Shown: in pieces, positions 39,470 through 46,787 of the stretch | Layout: every line of letters starts with the position of its first letter | Position numbering within the stretch: position 1 is the first letter of the stretch | NCBI GenBank assembly: GCA_049366795.1 | Contig: JBMNCP010000053.1 | Location: 9,675 to 73,674 of the forward strand | Direction of reading: 5' to 3' | Source of the DNA: Desulfobacterales bacterium | GTDB taxonomy: Bacteria > Desulfobacterota > Desulfobacteria > Desulfobacterales > UBA5852 | Length of the DNA stretch: 64,000 nt | Notes under the pieces: generated by a model | Seen by the model: only the letters and a program-made list of their open reading frames with translations | Told to the model about the DNA's origin: nothing | Databases searched by the model: none | Position numbers and translations under genes: made by a program

Positions 39470-40548
39470 GTTGACCTCTCTTCCCGGCTGTCGGTCGAAC
39501 ATCCGGCGTAAAGACCGCTGATGTGGTCAACCATGGCGGTGTAATGATGATTTTCGGAGACATGGCTTCTCGCCGCCTCGCCCATCCGGATCCGCAGCAG
39601 CGCATTTTCGGTCAAGGTTTTGATCGCCCGGCCGAGCTCTTTCCTGTCGCCCGGCTCCGTCAACAGACCGGATACGCCGTGATGGACGAGTTCCGGGATG
39701 CCCCCGACGCGTGTCGCGATGACCGGCAGGCCGTAGGCCATGGCCTCGAGTATCGACATGGGCATTCCTTCTCCATAGGACGGCAATACCAAGGCATCCA
39801 CGCGTCTGAACAGAAGGTCCTTCTGCTCGCTTCCGATCCAGCCCAGGTACCTGACCTGTTCCTCGAGCCCCAATGCGGCGACCGCTTCTAAAAAAGCTTC
39901 GACGTCGCCGTTCCCTCCGACTTCGAGCTCGATCTCAAGTCCCTGGGACTTGAGCTCCGCCAGGGTTTCCAGAAGATCGAACAGCCCTTTTCGCCTGCCG
40001 ATCCGCCCGAGGAAAGCCAGTCGAAGGCGCCCGGGGGATAACTTGCGATTGTCCATCCGTTCGGGGATCGCGATCGCATTGGGAATGACGATGGTGTTGG
40101 CCTGGGAGGCGATGGACCGGATCCGGGTCTCCCAGCTTTTGGACAGGCAGACCAGGCGGTCCACTCCTGTGAAGAAGCTCACCAGTCGACTCTTCCACCG
40201 GGGGGCAAGCCCCGCGAACTGGTCCATGAACTCGGCGCCGTGGAAGTGCAGAATCACTTTCGGGCGGAAAAGCCTGACCAGCCGGTAATAGATATACTTG
40301 CGTTGCGGACTCGGCACATCTCCGCAGTGGAGATGAACGATGTCAAACCGGCCCAGACAGAGTTTCACCGCGGTATGGATCAGGCCCGCCGCGGCGACCA
40401 GCAGCTTGTAGCCCTTGGGGCCGTCGCGATGGGAGGCAATGAATTCGAGGTCGTATCGCTTCGCCATATCGCTTTGCGAATAGCCTTTCAGCACGGCGGA
40501 AATGCCGCCCATGACGTCCATGCTCGGTGCGATATGGAGGATCTTCAT
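39466..40548 (-). CDS. GT4 glycosyltransferase
   Basis: GGI, HFHG, FLGRI..RKG, LPSYGEGMPMSILEAMAYGLPVIATRVGG. Confidence 0.9.
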   Translation of the reverse strand: MKILHIAPSMDVMGGISAVLKGYSQSDMAKRYDLEFIASHRDGPKGYKLLVAAAGLIHTAVKLCLGRFDIVHLHCGDVPSPQRKYIYYRLVRLFRPKVILHFHGAEFMDQFAGLAPRWKSRLVSFFTGVDRLVCLSKSWETRIRSIASQANTIVIPNAIAIPERMDNRKLSPGRLRLAFLGRIGRRKGLFDLLETLAELKSQGLEIELEVGGNGDVEAFLEAVAALGLEEQVRYLGWIGSEQKDLLFRRVDALVLPSYGEGMPMSILEAMAYGLPVIATRVGGIPELVHHGVSGLLTEPGDRKELGRAIKTLTENALLRIRMGEAARSHVSENHHYTAMVDHISGLYAGCSTDSREERST

Positions 40549-40553
40549 GTTCT

Positions 40554-41423
40554 TCACCAACAGTCGTAGGAACCCAGGGCCGGAAGGCCGTTCAAGCGGC
40601 GGAGCACTCCGCTGGCCGGTTCGTAGAAAGCCTTTCGGAGAACATAATCGGCGTAGTTTTTGATATCCGTCCGGGCGGACAGGTTTTCCTGCTGAAAGCG
40701 TCCGAGGTCGGATGCCAGCGAAGGTCCGTATTCGGCGTTGAGATCCGGAATCAATTCGCTTTCGACCTTTCCGTAGAGCCACGAATCCTTTCGGTTGCGT
40801 TCGACAATCCGGTCTTCATACCGATCCAGCAGCCGATCGGCGGATTCGCGGCTCCTGGCCGCATTTCTGACCTGGTAATGGGGGTCGAACCGGTCCGCTC
40901 CCAGCTTTCGCGTCAACCGCAACAGGAAGGTGTCGAATTCTTCGACCAATCCCACCTCGAGCATTCGGTTTTTCAAGGTCTGAAAGGCGCCAACCGGGTC
41001 GCCCGACGGATCGAGCTTATTCGTCTGAAAGTCTTCATAATGCGGATTGGCGAGGAATGCCTCGAAATCATCCGGTATGCGTTGAATTCTGACCAGATAT
41101 CTGAACTGTGAAACGTAACGATCAACAGGATTCCGCAGAAGCGTAATGAAGCGGAGGTTCGGAAAGACCGTTTCAAGATCTCCGTACGGCGTGACCGAAT
41201 GGCCGCCGAAACCTGTTAGCAAAGGGTTGATGCACAGATGGGCCGCGAGGTCCTTCGGACCGAAGGAATGGTTCCGGCGGCGGTTGACGGGCCGAACATC
41301 CATGTAGCCCGGGAAGAGATTTTTCCGAAGCAGATGAATCAACGTCGTTCCGGCGGCTTTTTCAATGTGAACAAAGGCCAGGTAGTGCCGTTGGCTGAAA
41401 CGTCGTTTATAGTCTCCGAACAT
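40554..41423 (-). CDS. Sulfotransferase family 2 protein
   Basis: FVHIEKAAGTT (5'-PSB), LLRNPVDRYVSQF (3'-PB), N..D..LY. Confidence 0.82.
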   Translation of the reverse strand: MFGDYKRRFSQRHYLAFVHIEKAAGTTLIHLLRKNLFPGYMDVRPVNRRRNHSFGPKDLAAHLCINPLLTGFGGHSVTPYGDLETVFPNLRFITLLRNPVDRYVSQFRYLVRIQRIPDDFEAFLANPHYEDFQTNKLDPSGDPVGAFQTLKNRMLEVGLVEEFDTFLLRLTRKLGADRFDPHYQVRNAARSRESADRLLDRYEDRIVERNRKDSWLYGKVESELIPDLNAEYGPSLASDLGRFQQENLSARTDIKNYADYVLRKAFYEPASGVLRRLNGLPALGSYDCW

Positions 41424-41531
41424 TTTCACTCCTGCTCCGTGCAATTCTTGAGAATTATGATGGCCGTGCATCCGGCATGCGCCGTGGCATAACAGGGTGA
41501 CAACGACCTGGAAATCCGTCAGCAGGCTGAT

Positions 41532-41567
41532 GCCCCTTCCGATGGCCTTTCGTCCAGCGGAAGGGGC
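41532..41567 (-). terminator. Stem-loop downstream of the PEP-CTERM gene
   Basis: GCCCCTTCCG ... CGGAAGGGGC 10-bp stem; no clear U-tract. Confidence 0.4.
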
Positions 41568-41643
41568 GGTCGACTTGCCGGGGAGCCACCCGCACCGACC
41601 AGGTGGTCGCGCCGATTGCTAAGGCCCCGTCGATCCGGAGATC

Positions 41644-42351
41644 TCAAGCGGGCCGCCGGCGGCTCAGCACGATGCCGAGAAGCCCGGATCCCAGCAACAC
41701 GACCGAGCCGGGAATGGGAACGGCGGTCGTCTGCGCCGTCAGCGAAACCTTATCGAGAATAAAATCATTGTCGACGCTTCCGTAAGGCGGCGCCAGGGCG
41801 AACGCGACCAGCGTGCCGTCGCTCAGTTCATCCAGCCATCCGCCGGCCGCCAGGTCGATGTTGGAGACAAAAAGGTTGTTGGCATCATTGACCTGGAAGA
41901 TGTCGCTCAGGATCGTTTGCCTTGTGCCGTTGCCGAACAGAAAATCGATCCGAAGGCGCTCCAGGTTCTGGTTTCCCCCATCCGTATCGGACACGTAGAC
42001 GCTCAACACGGCCGAGCTGAACGGCCGATAAAGGGACGGATCATACCCGACCGCATCGACCGAGGGGACATTCCGCGTTTCGACGATGCGATCCATGCCG
42101 GTCGAATCGGTATTGATGAGCCTGGCCTCTCCCCCGATCCCTGTCAGGTCGAATGAAAACCGGGCGCTGTTCCCAGTTCCGAATTCCAATAGAGAGGTTT
42201 CAGCCATTGAAAAATAGTCGGCGTCGCCGACCGATCCCAGAAAGCTTTCCTCGAATACCGTCGATGCGACCGTTGCGCTCCGGCCTTCCGGGGAAAATCC
42301 CAGGACTGCCGCTGTAACGACAACGATCAGTGTGAGGATTCTACTTTTCAT
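41644..42351 (-). CDS. PEP-CTERM/VPLPA-CTERM exosortase substrate
   Basis: Signal peptide; C-terminus AVPIPGSVVLLGSGLLGIVLSRRRPA (motif, TM helix, basic cluster). Confidence 0.88.
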   Translation of the reverse strand: MKSRILTLIVVVTAAVLGFSPEGRSATVASTVFEESFLGSVGDADYFSMAETSLLEFGTGNSARFSFDLTGIGGEARLINTDSTGMDRIVETRNVPSVDAVGYDPSLYRPFSSAVLSVYVSDTDGGNQNLERLRIDFLFGNGTRQTILSDIFQVNDANNLFVSNIDLAAGGWLDELSDGTLVAFALAPPYGSVDNDFILDKVSLTAQTTAVPIPGSVVLLGSGLLGIVLSRRRPA

Positions 42352-42400
42352 TTGATCTTCCTCCTTTGGGTTGCGTTGAACATTGATGAAATGTCGCCAC

Positions 42401-42832
42401 TCAATGATCCATCTGATACCCGGCCAGGATTTGAGACAGCTTCGCCCGTTCAGCTTCAGAGGGATGGCTGAACGCCAGGCCGCACCGTCTCAATTCCACC
42501 CCGTGCTTGAAGGATCTGTTTTCCGACAGAACCTGCGCGTCATAGACGGTTCTGCAGGACACCTCATGAAGGATCGGTTCGCCGTGCTCGGCTTCCGAGA
42601 TGTCGATGGACAGGAACGACGGCAGATACAGACTCTCCGTCGGATAATAGTCGAACGCGAGTCCCGACATGCTCATGTCGATGATCCATCCTGAAATCGC
42701 GGATCCGACGTCGCGGATGAAAAGCCCCGATTGCGGCGGTTTGAATCTCTGATGGCTCCTCCGATCGCTTTTCACGCCGCCCCTCCTGGTTTTCAGTTTT
42801 TCTGGAGAAAAGCGCCTCAGCAGCATGGTCAA
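42401..42832 (-). CDS. PilZ domain protein
   Basis: RxxxR (RRSHQR) and DxSxxG (DMSMSG) c-di-GMP motifs; GLAF strand. Confidence 0.75.
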   Translation of the reverse strand: MTMLLRRFSPEKLKTRRGGVKSDRRSHQRFKPPQSGLFIRDVGSAISGWIIDMSMSGLAFDYYPTESLYLPSFLSIDISEAEHGEPILHEVSCRTVYDAQVLSENRSFKHGVELRRCGLAFSHPSEAERAKLSQILAGYQMDH

Positions 42833-42847
42833 ACCTCCCGGGGGCGT

Positions 42848-45800
42848 TCACTGGCCGAGCACATCGATGCTCACGGTGGCATCGTTGGAGAGGCCGTAGG
42901 TTGCACCCGTGGTCAGGTTTTCGATCCTGACATTGTAAGTGAAGCCGTCCGATCCGACGAAACCGGGATTGGGGGTGTAAATGAACGACCCGTCGGCGTT
43001 CAGAACCAGTTCGCCGTGGGAAGGCGTCGTTGACAGACCCGCCCGCAGGATTTCACTGCCCCAGATGAAGCCGCCCTTGAGGTCGTTGCCCAGGATTCCT
43101 TCGGCCGCCACCGCCAGTTCGGAATCCCGAGTCGCTTCGAAACTGTCACCGATCGCCTGCGGTTGGACGACGAACCGCGGCGTGCGGGAGTCGCTGCCGC
43201 CTGCGCTGCTGGTGACCGTCACCTCCCCCGGGTGCTCGGCGACGCCGTCCAGGTAAAGCCGGTAATAGCCGCCGTTGAGGATGTGGGGGTCCGTGACGAA
43301 GTCCGCAAAGGAAATGCCGCCGTAGGAAAGCACCGCCGCAGGATCGTCGGTGGTCGCCCACAGCCTAAGTTGCTGGGCATCGGCCAGATAGTCCGTCCGA
43401 AGCAGGGTGACGGTGTCGGACGGCTCGCCGCCAGGGCTGCCGACCGCGATGCTCACGGCGGCTTCGTTGGACATCCCGTAGATCGCCCCTGTGTTCAGGT
43501 TCTCGATCCGTGCATGGTAGGTGAAGCCGTCCGATCCCGCGAAGCCGGGATCGGGGGTGTAGCTGAACGACCCGTCGGGGTTCAGTACCAGATCGCCGTG
43601 GGAGGGCGCCGTTGCCAGGACCGCCCGCAGGACTTCGCTGCCCCAGATGAAACCTCCCTTGAGGTCGTTGCCCAGGATTCCTTCGGCCGCCACCGCCAGT
43701 GCGGTGTTCTCCGCCGCCTCGAAAGCGTCTCCGATCGCCATCGGCTCGGAGATGTGCCTCGGTGTTCGGGTGTCGCTTCCGCCGCCGCTGCTGGTGACCG
43801 TCACCGCCCCCGGGTGCTCGGCGACACCGTCCAGGTAAAGCCGGTAATAGCCGCCGTTGAGGATGTGGGGCTCGGTAACGAAGTCCGCAAAGGAAACGCC
43901 GCCGTAGGAAAGCACCGCCGTGGGATCGTCGGTGGTCGCCCACAGCCGAAGCTGCTGGGCATCGGCCAGATAGTCCGCCCGAAGCAGCGAGACAGTGTCG
44001 GACGGTCCACCGCCCGCGGCGCTGACGGTAATGCTCACGGTGGCTTCGTTGGACATTCCGTAGATCGCGCCGGTGTTCAGATTCTCGATCCGCGCATAGT
44101 AGGTGAAGCTGTCCAACCCCACGAAACCGGGATTGGGTGTGTAAGTGAACGACCCCTCGCCGTTCAGAACCAAGCTGCCGTTGGACGGCGCCGTGGCCTC
44201 GAACGAGCGGAGTGCCTCGCTGCTCCAGATGTAGCCGCCCTTGAGGTCGTTTCCCAGGACCCCGTCTCCCGGAATCACCAGCTCGACGTCCTGTACCGCC
44301 TCGAAATTGTCCGAAACGGCCTCGGGCTCGGCAATGTAGCGGGGCACCCGGGTATCCGCGCCGCCAAGTTCGCTGGTGACGGTGACCACATCCGGTTTGA
44401 CGGCTACACCGTCCAGATAGAGCCGGCGATACCCGCCGTTCAGAATGTGAGGGTCGGACACATACTCCGAAAGTACGGATCCGTTGTACGCAAGGACGGC
44501 CTCCGGCGCGTCCGTCGTGGCCCAAAGACGCAGCTGATGGGAATCCGGCAAATAATCCGCGCGAATCAGAGTGACGGTGTCGGGCAGGTTGACGTTGTCG
44601 CAGTTCTGGTCGACGCCGTCGTCCGGGATTTCCAATGCACCGGGGTGGACCGCCGGATCCGAATCATTGCAATCGACGGGTGTTCCGCACCCATCGGGAG
44701 TGAAGTAGCCGTCCCTGTCGTCGTCCGAGCAGGCGAGGGCTTCACCGAGCGACAGATATGCGGAGGACACGTCCAGCAGGCCGTGACCATATGCATTGTC
44801 GGGACCGGGGGCGCCGAGATCCAGCGTGGACTGGCGCAGGATCGCTTCGAGCTGCTCAGGTGAAAGACCGGGAACGGCGCTCAACAGGAGCGCCATCGCG
44901 CCGGTTGCGTGGGGTGCCGCGAAGGAGGTTCCCGTGACGTAGGCATAGGAGTCCGGAATGAGCCCTCCGAAGGTGAGGTCCGTCGTCTTGACCCATTCAC
45001 CGGGAGCCGTGATGTCCGGGTAGGCGGCGCCGCTACACGCATTGGGACCGCTGCTGCTGTCATAGGAGACGAGGTAGTCGCTGCGGAGGGACCCCACGGG
45101 AAAGGCTCCGGGGTTGTTGGCGGGACTGATGCTGGTGTTTTCCGAGGGGCCCGTGTTGCCGGCGGCGAAGACGACGGCGATGCCGGCGACCTTCAGCAGG
45201 TCGATGTCCGTGGCGAATTCCTGGTAGCAGCTGCCGGCGGTATCGACGAATCCCCAGGAGTTGTTGACGATATTCGGCGAATCGTCGGTGCCCGGATTGC
45301 CGTCCGGGTCGAGCAGCCATTGAAACCCCAGGTGGATACTGCTCAGAGGCGCCACATCGCTGTCGTTGAAAATCTTAACGGCGATCCATTGGACGGAGGG
45401 GGCCATGCCGATCACCGATCCATCGGTGTCTCCCCCGGCGATCAGTCCCATGGTCTGGGTGCCGTGGCCGTTCGCATCGTAGGGCTCCGAATGCTGCCCG
45501 TTCGGGTCGTACCAGCTGTTGACGCCGCCGCGCCACCGGCCCGCAAGGTCCGGATGGTCAGGATCGACCCCGGTGTCCATGCTGGCCACCACCACGCCGT
45601 CTCCGGAATAACCATTCGCCCAGAGGATGTCGGCATTCGTCATCATCAGATTCCACTCGGGGGGGGCGGATGACTCAACGGTCGATGCCCCCAGGGGGAT
45701 GGCGATATCGAGCCGGATGGACTCGACGGCGGCCAGTTTGGACAGCTTGCGGATCGTGGCCTTGTCGGTGGAAACGGCGATCCCGTTCGTCAGCCAGAGC

Positions 45801-46123
45801 TGCCTGAACTTGTGGGATTTGCCCTGCCCCAGCATTTGAACGATCGGATTCTGGGTGGCATCCGCTTTCTGACGCAGGGCACGAATCAGCTGCCCTCGTC
45901 GGACCGTGCGCTTCAAATGCCTGAAGTCATCGGGCCGAACCTTGTCGCGAAGGGAAATAATAACGGGAATCGTCTCCTGCTGTTTCGTGCCCTGCATGGC
46001 TCCGAGCAGGTCGGGGGTGACCATGGCTGCCCAAAGCAGATTATGACTAAACAGCACCAGTAGGACGGCTATCACCGGGAAAAACGAATACTTGACTGGA
46101 TTGGATGGATTTACGGGTTTCAT
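42848..46123 (-). CDS. Secreted S8 subtilase with propeptide, MopE-like motif and three 194-aa Ig/cadherin-like modules
   Basis: Triad MDTG, GHGT, GTSFAAPH; oxyanion AAGN; DDDRDGY...DCNDSDPAVHPGALEIPDDGVDQNCD; repeats. Confidence 0.9.
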   Translation of the reverse strand: MKPVNPSNPVKYSFFPVIAVLLVLFSHNLLWAAMVTPDLLGAMQGTKQQETIPVIISLRDKVRPDDFRHLKRTVRRGQLIRALRQKADATQNPIVQMLGQGKSHKFRQLWLTNGIAVSTDKATIRKLSKLAAVESIRLDIAIPLGASTVESSAPPEWNLMMTNADILWANGYSGDGVVVASMDTGVDPDHPDLAGRWRGGVNSWYDPNGQHSEPYDANGHGTQTMGLIAGGDTDGSVIGMAPSVQWIAVKIFNDSDVAPLSSIHLGFQWLLDPDGNPGTDDSPNIVNNSWGFVDTAGSCYQEFATDIDLLKVAGIAVVFAAGNTGPSENTSISPANNPGAFPVGSLRSDYLVSYDSSSGPNACSGAAYPDITAPGEWVKTTDLTFGGLIPDSYAYVTGTSFAAPHATGAMALLLSAVPGLSPEQLEAILRQSTLDLGAPGPDNAYGHGLLDVSSAYLSLGEALACSDDDRDGYFTPDGCGTPVDCNDSDPAVHPGALEIPDDGVDQNCDNVNLPDTVTLIRADYLPDSHQLRLWATTDAPEAVLAYNGSVLSEYVSDPHILNGGYRRLYLDGVAVKPDVVTVTSELGGADTRVPRYIAEPEAVSDNFEAVQDVELVIPGDGVLGNDLKGGYIWSSEALRSFEATAPSNGSLVLNGEGSFTYTPNPGFVGLDSFTYYARIENLNTGAIYGMSNEATVSITVSAAGGGPSDTVSLLRADYLADAQQLRLWATTDDPTAVLSYGGVSFADFVTEPHILNGGYYRLYLDGVAEHPGAVTVTSSGGGSDTRTPRHISEPMAIGDAFEAAENTALAVAAEGILGNDLKGGFIWGSEVLRAVLATAPSHGDLVLNPDGSFSYTPDPGFAGSDGFTYHARIENLNTGAIYGMSNEAAVSIAVGSPGGEPSDTVTLLRTDYLADAQQLRLWATTDDPAAVLSYGGISFADFVTDPHILNGGYYRLYLDGVAEHPGEVTVTSSAGGSDSRTPRFVVQPQAIGDSFEATRDSELAVAAEGILGNDLKGGFIWGSEILRAGLSTTPSHGELVLNADGSFIYTPNPGFVGSDGFTYNVRIENLTTGATYGLSNDATVSIDVLGQ
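42851..44581 (-). repeat. Three diverged 582-bp coding repeats
   Basis: DTV-starting modules begin at 44581, 43999 and 43417 (period 582). Confidence 0.88.
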
Positions 46124-46231
46124 TGTCGCTCCGCTGGATATCGATTCGCTTCGATCGTCTCGGGATCAATCCAAACCATTCGCCGCGTTAGAAGGAATGC
46201 CGTTTCCACTGCGGGCAAGCTTGAGGTCGCT

Positions 46232-46696
46232 TCAGGAAACAATGAGCCCCCTCGCCTCGAAATCCCCGATCACGACGGAGACCTTGCTTCCCGCATGGAG
46301 GATTCGTTCGACATTCTGGAATAGGATGACGTAGGTCCGGTCCTTTTTCGGCATCATGTCCGAGCCCCGCAACGGGCCGAGCTTCGTCATGGGAACCGGC
46401 AGTACTTTTCCACTGAGATCGTCCACGAGATAGGCTTTGTGATTGCGATTCAAAACTTCCTTGGCCTTTTCGGGGTCGGTCACCCGGATTCGGAAATCGA
46501 TGAAGTGGCCGGCCCCGGTCAGCCGGACCGCCACGGGCCTGACCCCCCACTCTTCCTCGACCTGCTGCAGCATTTCAGCCTGAAGCGCTTCGCCTCGGGT
46601 GCCAAGAGCGGTGCATCCGACCGTCGCAACGATCAGGCCGAGCAGCAGAACGCCCAAAATGGGAGCAATTCGATTTTTCTTCACAAGGTCGCGCAT
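46232..46696 (-). CDS. Hypothetical lipoprotein
   Basis: Lipobox TVGC after a hydrophobic stretch; AGGAGG RBS; beta-rich core GHFIDFRIRVTDPEKA...YVILFQN. Confidence 0.72.
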   Translation of the reverse strand: MRDLVKKNRIAPILGVLLLGLIVATVGCTALGTRGEALQAEMLQQVEEEWGVRPVAVRLTGAGHFIDFRIRVTDPEKAKEVLNRNHKAYLVDDLSGKVLPVPMTKLGPLRGSDMMPKKDRTYVILFQNVERILHAGSKVSVVIGDFEARGLIVS

Positions 46697-46742
46697 GATC
46701 GCCTCCTGTATTTCCGTCTGGCGCGTTATCCCGATGGTGTGG

Positions 46743-46778
46743 GGGCAAGGAAGAATCCGAATGTCTTCTCCCTTGCCC
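46743..46778 (-). other. Stem-loop just after the MCO subunit C gene
   Basis: GGGCAAGG-AAGA...TCTT-CTC-CCTTGCCC. Confidence 0.4.
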
Positions 46779-46787
46779 GCTATCCGG

